The notes beneath the pieces were generated by a model that saw only the letters and a program-made list of their open reading frames with translations, searched no databases and was not told the origin of the DNA. A stretch of 64,000 nucleotides of DNA, taken from the NCBI RefSeq assembly GCF_006345805.1, contig NC_042998.1:158100001-158164000 (forward strand), given 5' to 3'. The translations under genes were made by a program, and so were the position numbers. This stretch comes from Octopus sinensis. Lineage: Eukaryota. Below are positions 34,765 to 47,039 of the stretch, piece after piece; the stretch's first letter is position 1, and each line of letters begins with the position of its first letter.

Positions 34765-35987
34765 TATCAGGCTGAGTAAAAAGTAAACAACGTTTTGAAA
34801 TATGAAATTCATCACAAGATATTTCATCAAAGTAAGTGCCATTACAATCAACACATCGAGTTACAAGTTTGTTTATTCTGGTAACATAAAAATCTGGAGT
34901 TCTGGAGCGCACTTTCAGCATCGGTTTTATTTAACTCCTCTCGCAGGAAACTATCAAGGTCCTTGAAAAAGTGGTAGTCGGTGGAAGAATTGTCTGGAGA
35001 ATAAGCTGTGTGGGGAAGAACTTCGTAGCCAAGTTCACTCAACTTCTGGAGCGTTATAAGTGAAACCTGTGGTCAAGCATTGTCATGAAGAATGATTAGC
35101 CCTTTTCTGTTGACCAGTCTGGGACAGAGGAGTAGCAGTTTTTCGTTCATTTCAGCAATTTTATGGCAATATGTTTCTGCATGGCAATATGTTTTCCGGA
35201 TTTTCAGAAATTCTGGTGGATGAGTCCAGCAAGAACAGCATCAAACAGTCACCATAACCTTCCTTTTGAATAGATCGATTTTAGGGAAGGTTTTTGGTGC
35301 TTCATTTTAGTCCAACCACTACGAAGGACGTTTTTTCATTACTGTACAGAATCCCCTTTTCATCGCAAGTTACAATACGGTCGAGAAATGGATCGGTCTG
35401 GTTAGGGAGAAGAAGCGATGAGTAAATTTCATATCTGCATATTTTCTGATTTTCATTCAAATCGCGTGGTGCCAATTTGTTGAGCTTTTTGAATTTCTGA
35501 TCGCATGCGAATGGCTGCAGGCAGTTTTCTGGCTGCCAGTTATCGAGTGGTTTCGTAGATCTTTCTCAATGACGAACTATAACTGACCGTCATCGATGAC
35601 AGATTGGTGTCCACTACGCTTACAATCTTCAAGGTCCCGGTTCCCATTGCAAAATAGTTTAAACAATTTTCGAACTGACCACTCACTGGTCATTTCCTCA
35701 CCAAACGTTTCGTTAACATCGAAAGCAGTTTCAGCTGCTTTACCTCCTTATTTGAAGTTGAGGAGCAAACTTGCTTCAATATCGCACTTTGACAATACCA
35801 TTTCAGATGATTGTAACAACGGTGGAAAAAATATCAATGTTAATTTATTGAGGCATTTGGGCAAGTCTAAGTGTCTTTTATCAGAAAATTTCAAATAAAA
35901 AAGTTTTTAAGAATCCAAGACTCGGCAAAAATCCGGTACAAATTCTTCGTGGTTCAAAACATTGCTTACTTTATGCTCAAGCAGATA
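34765..35987 (-). mobile_element. Near full-length degenerate mariner (~1.22 kb, Hsmar1/cecropia-like)
   Basis: Minus strand: KAAETAFDVNETFGEE..RSG (HTH), KKLNKLAPRDLN (WVPHEL-like), PFLDRIVTCDEK, EVLPHTAYSPDNSSTDYHFFK, SRTPDFY..INKLV..CVDCNGTYFD. TIRs tatcaggctgagtaaaaagtaaacaac (34765) and a 20/27 match at 35961-35987. Confidence 0.88.
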
Positions 35988-36053
35988 GAATATGCAAATA
36001 TGCAAATATACACATACACGCACGCAAACTCATGATTACGTGTGTGTGTATGT

Positions 36054-36105
<52 letters not shown>

Positions 36106-36229
36106 TGTGTGCGTGTGTGTGTGTGTTTATACATTCTTTTATACTATTATTCTTTTACTCGTTTCAGCCACGCGGCTGTGGTCATGCTGGACCATCACCG
36201 TGGTCTTTCTAATCTCCTCAGTCTGGGGT

Positions 36230-36640
36230 GTTTCACATCACCACTCCTGTATGTGCTTTTGTCCCAGCTGTTTGCCTATTCTGTGTATAAGGGAGTTTGT
36301 TTCTGCTGCTCTTGTCTGCACTTCATGCCGGGCTGTTGATTCATCCGGTATTGTGGAAAGGAGGATTCCTTTTTGAAGACATCTACTTCCACTTTATGCA
36401 GGTCATTGTGACAGGTCATTGAAGAACTGTGGGCCTTTGGACCCTAGACTATTGCTGTACCTGGTCCTGAATTTAGATGGGTGGATGATACCGTTGGTAT
36501 AATAAATAACGGCCAGTTCTGGCATTTGAATAACATCCAATGCCGAAATTAGGTACAAGCCCTTCTACAATTTTCCATATGTAGATTATTGTATATACGT
36601 CGCGCCTTCGCCCCATCCCTGTAGCTCACCTGCCGCACTG
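36230..36640 (-). mobile_element. CR1/L2-like LINE 3' fragment
   Basis: Minus strand: TRYSNSLGSKGPQFFNDL..VEVDVFK..IPDESTARHEVQTRAAETNSL, like the NSL..GP.LFN.LP..FK..LD.FL..PDEP..SNSL terminus. Confidence 0.6.
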
Positions 36641-37064
36641 TTTCAATCTTTTTAATGTTGGACTGTTTCAAGCTACTCTGTTAGTTGGCACTATATGGTG
36701 ACCATATATATGTATATATATATATGTGTGTGTATGTGTACGTGTATGTGTGTGTGTATGGATGTGGGTGTGTGTGTGTATAAGGAAAATAAGTCAAAGT
36801 AGAAAAAGCTAAAATAATTTTATCATAAAAAACATGTTAGTATCGGTTTCAGTCATTGAGACTTTTTCAACTCTAAGTATGGAAAACAATTAAATTTTGG
36901 AAAAATTAAATAAAAAGTTTTTTTAAAAGAATGTTTGCATAGTATTCAAATACAAGGGGCATTTTCCTTGTTTCTTCCTGTCTCTGACTCTTTTTTTACT
37001 CTTGTGGGTTCGAGGTCGTTGGGAAATTCCTGGCAGCGAAGAAGAAGAAGGAGAAGGAGGAGAT

Positions 37065-37121
<57 letters not shown>

Positions 37122-37124
<3 letters not shown>

Positions 37125-37738
37125 AAGATTATTTTCCAACATAATGTGGCTGTCCAGGATGGGACGAATGTTGCTGTTATTTAGCCCCAGGAAACATCGT
37201 CTCTAGCTGGCTATACGACACACTATGTGTCCTTATATTTTCGAACATAGGAGTTTAACATCTCCACTCAGCATAAAGCAATATCTATGGACCGCGGTTT
37301 CTGCGCTATTTCTCTTCCTCAGTACAGAATAACTACTTGGCTAGAGATGACTCTGCTAAACTCCTGTTTTAAAATATATATATGATTTTTAAAGTAACAC
37401 ACAGACAGTGATCTAATAAATAGAAACATTGTAATTTTTAAATCTCTCAACAAGTGATATTCAGTAAGAGTACTCTAAAGTAAAGATTATTTGCCAACAT
37501 AATGTGGCAGTCCCGGTTGGGAAAATGTTACTGCTATTTAACCCCAGGAAACATCGTCTCCATCTGGCTTTACGACACACTATCTGTGTCCTTATATTTT
37601 CGAAAAGAAGAGTTTAGCATCCCCACTTAGCACAAAGCTATATCTGCGGACCGCGGTTTTTGGGTTATTTCCCTTCCTCGGCATAGAATAACTGCTTGGC
37701 TAGAGATAACGCTGCTAAACTCCTGTTCTAATATATAT

Positions 37739-37819
<81 letters not shown>

Positions 37820-38000
37820 TATATAATTTTCAAAGTAACACACAGGCACTGATCTAATAGATAGAAACATCACTATTTCTAAATCACTTACCGAGAGACA
37901 TTCAGTAACAGTAGTCTAAAGTAAAGATTATTTGCCAACATGTTACTGCTATTTAGCCCCAAGAAATATTGTCTCTAGCTGGCTATACGATACACTATCT
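37122..38000 (+). repeat. Diverged ~360-bp tandem repeat, 2.2 units, with another fragment at ~38575-38645
   Basis: gtaaagattatt..ccaacat starts at 37122, 37480 and 37921. Unit 2 is lengthened by a (TA)n expansion. Confidence 0.9.
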
Positions 38001-38375
38001 GTACCTGTGTTTGTCCCTCCAGCAGCGCTTGAGAATCGAAGTAGGTGTGTAGGTGCGTAAACTAACGGTTCGGTTAAAGTATCCGACAGATTAAATATTA
38101 GGCTTACAAAGAATAAAACTTGGAATCGATTCCTTCGACTGAAAAACACCTCAGCATAGCTGCAGTCAGATGACTGAACCAAATAAAAAGATATTTGTGT
38201 GTGTATACATACATACATAATACATACATACATACATACATACATACATACATACATACATACATACATACATACATACATACATACATAAACTAATACA
38301 TACATACATACATACATACATACATGCAAGGCGGTGCTCCAGCATGGCCACAATCAAATGACTGAAACGTATAGA
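38000..38375 (+). mobile_element. SINE family B tail segments separated by (TACA)n
   Basis: gtgtttgtccc..cggttcggtt..ggcttacaaagaata..gactgaacc, then ggcggtgctccagcatggcc..gactgaaac. Confidence 0.75.
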
Positions 38376-38799
38376 GGAGTATAAGAGAATATATATATGG
38401 TATGTAAGTATGATAATAAACAAAGGTGTGTCCACTTAAAGAACATCTGCCTATTTCAGTTCTCCAGAATAGTATATAAATGTTATATTTGTGTGAGATA
38501 TGCATAAGAGCTGAAAAATAGTAGAAAACATTTTGTGCGGAAATATTACTTATCAAAACTGGGGATTAGAACAGTTCGAACGGAGGAGTTTAGCATCTGT
38601 ACTCAGCACAAATCAATATCTGTGGAGATTGCTTTGTGCTAAACTAATACATACATACATACATAATACATACATACATTCATACATACATACATACATA
38701 CATACATACATACATACATACATACATACATACATAAACTAATACATAACCTTATGCATATACGTCAGTATGTCGATATATCTGTACAATAACTTAGGC

Positions 38800-39750
38800 G
38801 GCTTAAATCGAACCTTTAGATACATTCATAAGGTATAATGTGAACAATAAGGTCAGCTAACATTAGCAACACCTTAATCATATAGAGATTCTAATCTCCA
38901 CACTTTTGACGGAAAATTAATAACTCTTAAGTATAAACTCCAGACTTTCAGTGAGAAATTACGCTGCTGAAAAGATAATAACGAGCCATCAGTAACCACA
39001 AGTTTACCCCGCGAACCAATAACCTGTGATACCAGAGTTTGGAGGAAAATAACAATTCAGTAAGCACTCACTACATTTTCAATAAAATCTTCAATCATTT
39101 TGTTCCAATACCCGGAAGCGAGAGAAATATTTCAACTACACTGCATCATGTCTGAATAGAATACACCATCCACTTCAAAACACTTTAAAACTAGAGATGC
39201 ATAATGAAAAGAAACCAGGAATAGACTTAATAGATGGATACTGCTACAACATGTTAACGTTCGACAGGTCGTTAACAACTTGTGCATATTTAAGACAGCA
39301 GCAGAAGGTCGAATTGACATACCAAATTGGCTTACGATAATATAGATAAACGTGATAGCCAATACAAGACTTGGCGCAAAATTATAGGGCTATTGCTTAT
39401 CTAAGCATTTGTCATTTTCTCCAAAACTGTATTCCAGTCCAACAAGGTAGTGATTAATGAGAGGCCGATAGAAAGTTGTGTTAGATTTTATCTAGCAACA
39501 TTTCATTACAAAAACTATGCTGTTCTAAACATCAAAAACTCAAGAGAAAGCTGGCTATAACATTTCTGATTACAAAAAGTTGTTTGATTCTATTTTTCGC
39601 TTATAGATTTTGGAATCGCTGCATCTCGCAAAATAAATTGCTACCATAGTAAGGCTGACAAGAGCCTGGCCTGCCAAACTCACCTTTGAAACAGATATTG
39701 TAAATTTCGAAAACCAAATATCTAAAGAAAACAGTGCTTTTAATTCTTTT
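38800..39750 (+). mobile_element. Decayed R4-like non-LTR reverse transcriptase fragment
   Basis: QNYRAIAYL (NYRPITCL-like, ~39380) and DYKKLFDSIFRL*ILESL (DYKKAFDSVPH.W-like, ~39570). Confidence 0.5.
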
Positions 39751-40527
39751 TGTTACTAAATCCAGTATTCTCTCTTCTATATGTTAAAAAAAAAATCTTA
39801 CTTATATGTTAGGCTCTACAGCTAATAACAGCGATTTCAGCTGGGCTGATCTTTCGCCACTCCCTTATCTTTTCATCCCAGATATTATATGTAGCTATCT
39901 TATGTATATTCCAGAGAAGAAAACAAATCAGTTTTTTTACAATGTAAATTAGTTGGTGACAATAATTCACTACAATATCAATTCCCTGGAGAGATTACAT
40001 AGAAACATTTATATATATAAAAACTTGCTTTCCTCATTTCTTCAGAACTGATCAGCTTACTTCTAATATCTATGTGTACATATACTCTTTCTAACATACC
40101 TTAATTCATCTAAAGCAGTGACTCTCAGCCGAGGGAGTAGCGTATTCTTAAGTGGCATAAGTCAGGGGGCGCTTTTATAGTTAAGTGGTTGTCATTTTCT
40201 TTAGGAATTCTTTAAATCCGAATGCAATAATTTTCAAAAGAATTTTCGTCTGGATGAGATAAGGCGAAGGACATAGTATTATCAGTGATATAATGAAATC
40301 CGTCTTTGATAGGAAGTAATTTGGTGTTGTTAGCATTTCCTTATACTCGCTTAGCAAAGGATTCAGCATATTACTACAACTGTTAGCTAAACGACGGAGA
40401 AGAAGGGGAAAATTGAGGCTCTGTCAGATATTGAACTTAATATTTTAAAATTAGTAAAATTTATCATACCAACGTTGATTTTTCAAGTACAGTATACTAC
40501 TTTTTAGTTACAATACATTGTTCCTGA

Positions 40528-41088
40528 GTGGAGGCGCGTGGCTTAGTGGTTAGGGTGTCAGCATCATGATCGTAAGATTGTGATTTCGATTCCTAGACCG
40601 GGCGACGCGTTGTGTTCTTGAGCAAAACACTTCATTTCACGTTGCTCCAGTTCTCTCAGCTGGCAAATATGAGTAACGCTGCGATGGACTGGCGTCCCGT
40701 CCAGCAGCGGAACACATACGCCATAGAAAACGGGAAACCGGGCCCATGAGCCTGGCTAGGCTTTAAAAGGGTACAGTGGAGGCAAAATGGCCCGGTGGTT
40801 GGGGCAGCGAACTAGTGGTCTGAGGATCGCGGTTTCGATTCCCAAACCGGGCGTTGTGTGTGTTTATTGAGCGAAAACACCTAAAAGATGCAAGAGGCTC
40901 CGGCAGGGGGGGGGGCGACCCCTGTGTACTCTTTCGCCACAACTATCTCTCACTCTCTTCCTGTTTCTTGAATAACGCTGCGATGGACTGGCGTCCCGTG
41001 CAGCTGCTGGGCAACACATACGCCACAGAAACCGGGAAGTCGGGCCCGTGAAGCTGGCTAGGGTTGAAAAGGGCGAAAAGAAAACGAT
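40528..41088 (+). mobile_element. Tandem pair of tRNA-derived SINE family C (V/Meta-domain-like)
   Basis: Two heads (tggcttagtggttagg..ttcgattcc at 40528; gtggaggcaaaatggcccggtgg..ttcgattcc at ~40787). Each body has gctgcgatggactggcgtcccgt. The pair is flanked by TSD attgttcctga (40517-40527 / 41089-41099). Confidence 0.85.
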
Positions 41089-41100
41089 ATTGTTCCTGAA

Positions 41101-41605
41101 AGGTGGCGAGCTGGAAGAAACGTTAGCACGCCAGGCGAAATGCCCAGCGGTATTTCGTCTGCCGTTACGTTCTGAGTTCAAGTTCCGCCGAGATCGACTT
41201 TGCCTTTCATACATTCTGGGTCGATAAATTAAGTACCAGTTACGCATTGGGGTCGATATAATCGACTTAATCCGTTTGTCTGTCCTTGTTTGTTCTCTCT
41301 GTGTTTAGCCCCTTGTGGGTAGTAAAGAAATAGGTATTTCGCCTGCCGCTACGTTCTGAGTTCAAATTCCGCCGAGGTTGACTTTAAAAAGGCGGCGAGC
41401 TGGCAGAAACGTTAGCATGCTGGGCGAAATGCTTAGAGGTATTTCGTCTGCCGTTACGTTCTGAATTCAAATCCGCCGCGGTCGACTTTGCCTTTCATCC
41501 TTTCGGGGTTGATAAATTAAGTACCAGTTACATACTGGGGCAGATTTAATCGACTGGCCCCACTCCAAAAAAAATTCGGGCCTTGTACCTGGAGTAGAAA
41601 ATAAT
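41101..41605 (+). mobile_element. Tandem pair of SINE family A (truncated composite form plus monomer)
   Basis: Heads ggtggcgagctgg (41102) and ggcggcgagctgg (41391). Flanked by TSD atattgttcctgaa (41087-41100 / 41606-41619). Confidence 0.88.
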
Positions 41606-41689
41606 ATATTGTTCCTGAAGTATGGTTTCTTGAATATATTATATTTTATTTTTATATATTTATGTTGTTATTGATATACTCTTTACTCT

Positions 41690-41848
41690 TTACTCTTTTA
41701 CTTGTTTCAGTCATTTGACTGCGGCCATGCTGGAGCACCGCCTTTGGTCGAGCAAATCGACCCCGGGACTTATTCTTTGTAAGCCCAGTACTTATCCCGG
41801 AACCATGTGGTTGGTGAGCAAGCTACTAACCACACAGCCACTCCTGTA
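41690..41848 (-). mobile_element. Internally deleted SINE family B (tail joined to head)
   Basis: cttgtttcagtcatttgactgcggccatgctggagcaccgcc..cccagtacttat joined to cccggaaccatgtggttgg..cacacagccactcctg. Confidence 0.8.
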
Positions 41849-42152
41849 TATATGTATATGATTTGTTCAAAGTATCTTTATATAATTTCAATTATACTGT
41901 TGTTCATTGTACTAATTTTATTTTTTACGAGTCTTTGTAATATAAATTCAAATATAAATTTTGTATAATCTCACCTTCTCAAGTATTTCCACGCTAATGT
42001 CTAAAAGGAATATGTTGGATACAATTCTATAAAAATATCTGGATTATAAGCTGTGGCGTAAAATTATTATTTATGTATTTATTTATTTAATTATTTATAT
42101 TGCAAAACATACGCGGTTTATGCAACGCCATATATATATACATATATATATA

Positions 42153-42228
<76 letters not shown>

Positions 42229-42806
42229 GTGTATATATTTCAGAATTACAACTATTGGTGGTTTGGAGTTTAACTGCTCTTTCTAGTGAGTCAGATGTCC
42301 TATTATGGCCATCTCTTATATGTTTGAATGTATATTACATAGTCTATTGACTATTTTTTCTTTCTCACTTGACCGCTGGTAGCGGAGAATTTTTCTAGAT
42401 ATTTTTTGCTACCCTAAAATTTATTAATTAATGATAAAAAGATTTTTTGGATAATTTTGAAATTAAATCGGCAGTTATATTTACTGCTGAGAAACCGCGC
42501 GATGGTGGTGGATTTTGAAAAGTTATAGCATATAGACTCGAGGCACGGTCCTTATCGCCTCGTGCCTATATGCTAGCCTTGGCTTTCTGCTGAAGAGGCA
42601 ACGCCAATCGTAAATAATTTATTTTATTTACAAAGATTGCCGAAACTATGCATAGTCCAGAAAGCATAGGGTAAACGTTTTTATTTCTCTTTCCATTTCA
42701 TAATTACAACTAGTAGTGGTTTGGAATTTAACTGCTCTTTCTAGTGAGTCAGATGTCCTATTATGGCCATCTCTTATATGTTTGTATATATATATATATA
42801 TGTATA

Positions 42807-42955
42807 TTGGGCGTGCGACAAGTCGTAAATCCCGTTGGTGAATTATAATCAAAATGAATAATAGCAGACGATGGATAATTGTCAGCTCATTACAACTGTT
42901 TCTTTCACTTCTTGAAGATGAGAACACTACTTCATGACAAAAGGAAGCTTTAAAC
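42807..42955 (+). mobile_element. Left end of a mariner-type MITE
   Basis: ta|ttgggcgtgcgacaagtcgtaaatccc. About 140 bp is shared with 43924-44060. Confidence 0.55.
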
Positions 42956-43920
42956 TATTATTTATAAACTGAGAGTCTGGTGTGAGCGGAACATTTAATC
43001 ACTGAGAGCGTTTTATAAAATGCGTGTGCATAGGTTGGCGAGGCTGTGTGGTAAAAAGCTTGTTTCCCAACCACATGGTTCCGGGTTCTTTCCCACTTTT
43101 CTACCACAGCCTAGGACCGACAAGAGCGCAGTGAGTGGATTTGAAACATGAAAACTGAAAAAGGCCCGTCGTATATATATATATAAGACTATAAATAAGG
43201 GTATCTGAGAGATACCACCATGCCGAGATAGCAATCAAAACCCTGACCTAAAAACCACCTTAAATGTTCATATCGCGCCATGAGATATGACAGAGAGACA
43301 AAATAAACTAGCAAAAAACGATTTTACTGGATAATTCAAGATCTTTGATTTCTGGGTTTGCTTCAAATAAGCTCTGCCTTCGTCAGTTGAATATACCAGA
43401 TGGGCACATAAATACAAATACATATATACAGAACACACGTTATACTTACATATACGAACGTCCATACATACATATATATGCTCGTATGTACAAGACCAGT
43501 GTGAATTGCCCGTGAACCACCTCACAAGCGCGATATGGTCAAAAATAAACACCGCATTGAATTGACGAATTATATAAATTTATAAATAAGGATAATATCG
43601 ATATTTAAATATCGATCTGATCAAGTGGCCAGCATATATATTATGTATGTATGTATGTATGTATGTATGTATGTATGTATGTATGTATGTATGTATGTAT
43701 GTATGTATGTATGTATGTTACATATAGTAAAATAAGGATTCAGACAGAATCGGGTACTTGAAATAATATATACTTGAAATAATATACAACAGGTAGGATT
43801 GGATAAACCTGTGGTTCCGAAGAATGATTGAGCCATATCATATCGGATCCCTATGAGTATTTAGCGCCTAAGGGCTGGTCTAAAGCACACGTTACGTTGA
43901 TTGTGCGTTACTGGTATTCT

Positions 43921-44262
43921 CCAGGCCGTGCGACATGTCGTAAATCCCGTTAGTGAATTATAATCAAAATGAATAATAGCAGACGATGGATAATTGTCAG
44001 CTCATTACAACTGTTTCTTTCATCTTTTTTTATAGAAGATGAGAACATTACATCACGACAAAAAACCGACAGGGCCGTGACTGAAGTCTGTCGTCCCTGC
44101 TGTATTCTTGGGATATTTTTTTGTTTGTGAAATTACCTTTCATCGGATGATTACGGTTTTCTGAATGAAGCAATGTTTTCATTCTTCTATTTAAAAATGC
44201 TTAAGAAACGGCTGTAATGAGCTGACAATTATCCATCGTCTGTTATTATTCATTTGGTTATG
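43921..44262. mobile_element. Mariner-type MITE with ~55-bp inverted arms, right end buried in the (TATG)n tract
   Basis: aatgaataatagcagacgatggataattgtcagctcattaca (~43968) is the reverse complement of tgtaatgagctgacaattatccatcgtctgttattattcatt (~44213-44255). Confidence 0.65.
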
Positions 44263-44346
44263 TATACATACATACATGCATGCATACATACAAACATATA
44301 TGTGTGTGTGTATGTATGTATGTATGTATGTATGTATGTATGTATG

Positions 44347-44380
<34 letters not shown>

Positions 44381-44444
44381 TGCATGCATGCATGCATGCA
44401 TGTATGTATATATATGTATGTATGCATGCATGGATGCATGCATG

Positions 44445-44478
<34 letters not shown>

Positions 44479-44590
44479 TGTATGCATGTATGCATGTATG
44501 TATGTATGTATGTATGTATGTATGCATGTATGTATGTATGTATATATATGTATGTATGCATGCATGTATGTATGTATACATATATATGTG
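44258..44590. repeat. Large (TATG)/(TGCA) compound microsatellite followed by a SINE B tail (44590-44745)
   Basis: Read directly. Confidence 0.95.
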
Positions 44591-45489
44591 TAAGACTGTT
44601 TGTGTCGATCACCACCGTTTGACTTAGCGGTTCGGCAAAGACACCGATTTAATTAGTATAAGGCTTTAAAAAAATGTACTCGAGTGGATTTATCCGACTA
44701 AAAATTCTTCACTCCAGCAGCCTAATGCCTGAAACAAATAAAAGATGAGTGTCCATGGTATGATGTGATATGGTGAGAGGTGATGAGTGTGATGGTGTTA
44801 GATCAATTTGGAAGGAAAGTTACTTCACAATGATTAGGTCCTGAATTCGATCCAGCCACACGCAGTACCATCAGCAGTTATCTGATTCCATTTTGACCCA
44901 GATATTTATGAATGAAACTGACTAAAAACATGAATTGGTTAAAATATAGTCGGATACATTCGGTCCAAGTTGTCACGTACAAAATCACAAGAAATTTAAG
45001 GATAATCTACTCATCGAATTTTATGACTGATTATCCTGCGGAATGATCAACTACGTACTTCGATGAGTAGAGACTTTCATAGATTTGACAACCAGAATAT
45101 ATTTCGTAGAAACCGATACACACACGCACACATGAGCGCGCGAGCACACACAAACGCTCAAACACATTGACACACGCACACACACACACACATACACATA
45201 TTTGCACAACACAAACACACCTCCATATTTACAATACAAGGGAGATAAGCGAATTACATTTGACACGTGTTAGGTCCCTTAGATCAACGTTTATTAGTTG
45301 TTTTTTTCTTAAGGCTTTTCGCCATGTTTTGCGCATGTGCAAATCTTATCGCATACATACATACATACATACATACATACATACATACATACATACATAC
45401 ATACATACATACATACATACATGTGTGCGTGTGTGTGTGTATTATCATATGTATGTATATATGTATACACACACATACATACAGAGATA

Positions 45490-45683
45490 CCTTTTATTTG
45501 GTTCAGTCATCTGAATGCAGTCGAAGGAATCGATGCCAAGTCTTATTCTTTGTAAGCCTAATACTTATTCTGTCGGATACTTTAACCGAACCGTTAGTTT
45601 ATGCACCTACACACATACTTCGATTCTCAAGCGCTTGTGGAGGGACAAAGACATGCAGACATAAATGCACACACACAAACACG

Positions 45684-45717
<34 letters not shown>

Positions 45718-45760
45718 CAATGGGGTTCTTTCAGTTTCTGTCTACCAACTCTACTCAAAG
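45490..45760 (-). mobile_element. SINE family B, partial
   Basis: ttcagtcat..ttattctttgtaagccta..ccgaaccgttag..gggacaaa..ttctttcagtttctgtctacc. Confidence 0.75.
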
Positions 45761-45763
45761 ATA

Positions 45764-45849
<86 letters not shown>

Positions 45850-45892
45850 TATATGTGTGTATGTATGTATGTATGTATGTATGTATGTATTA

Positions 45893-46042
45893 TAAATGAG
45901 GAAAGCCGGTTTATGGGTTTTTCTTATTTTTAAGGGGTGATGGACCAGCAGGTTTTTGGGATCTGATGATACGCCATAAAGCAGAAAACTTTATGGACAG
46001 GAAGCCTAAGGCAATCCCATAAGCCGGCCTACCTCATTTTTA
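45893..46042. mobile_element. ~150-bp MITE-like element with ~25-bp imperfect TIRs
   Basis: aaatgaggaaagccggtttatggg ... cccataagccggcctacctcatttt. Confidence 0.5.
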
Positions 46043-46105
46043 ATATATACTGCTCTATATCTTAGAGTATGCTTCTTCTTTCGGATTTATGTTTTCTACA
46101 AACGG

Positions 46106-46148
<43 letters not shown>

Positions 46149-46263
46149 ATGTGTGTGCGTGTGTGTGTGTGTGTGCGTGCGTGTGCGGGTATGTATGTAT
46201 ATAACTGTGTGTGTGAATGTATGTGTATATATACCAGTGTGTGTATGTATATATATATATATA

Positions 46264-46325
<62 letters not shown>

Positions 46326-46629
46326 CGTGTGTCTTTGTATTTGTCTTTGTTCCCCCACCATTTCTTGACAACCGATATTGATGTGTTTATGTCCCCGAAA
46401 CTTGGCGGTTCGGCAAAAGACCGATAGAATAAGTATTAGGCTTAACAAAGTATAAGTCCTTGGGTCGATTTCTTCGACAAAAGGCGGTGCTCCAGCATGG
46501 CCACAATCAAATGACTGAAACGTATAAAAGTGTTAAAGAGAATATAAATATATATGGTATGTAAATAGGATCATAAACAAAGGAGTGTTCTCCAAAACAG
46601 TCTCTTCTATAGTTTTTGTTTTCCTTTCC

Positions 46630-46960
46630 AGGTACCAATGTACCTCAGTGAGGTCATCCATTTCTTTTTCTTTATATTTTGTTCTGATAAATAAATTTTA
46701 ACAACGCTCATTGGGAAGAGATCTGTGTCAGCTTTTCTTTCTTGCCTCGCCTCAAGTTCATTAGCTATCCTAATTAAGTTGTTAATTTCATGGTCACAAA
46801 TTTGTTCTCTTTTCTCTGCTGCAGATGTTTCAGTGTCGCAATATGTCCTTCATATGACATCAATACAGATTTGAGACCACAACCACCATCCTTGCGTGCG
46901 AAGTATAGCCTGTCTACATATTCTTCAATGTCGCATCTTGCGAGTTTTAACACCTAGTTC
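46630..46960 (-). mobile_element. R4-like non-LTR fragment (RT thumb region)
   Basis: Minus strand: KTRK..EYVDRLYFARKDGGCGLKSVLMSYE, like DRLYLPRKEGGRGL. Confidence 0.65.
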
Positions 46961-46966
46961 ATAAAG

Positions 46967-47024
<58 letters not shown>

Positions 47025-47039
47025 ACACACACACACACA

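Noticed and set aside
40528-40605. tRNA gene
   Set aside because: A and B boxes are present but there is no complete cloverleaf. It continues into a SINE body within a TSD. The same applies to all family A, B and C heads.
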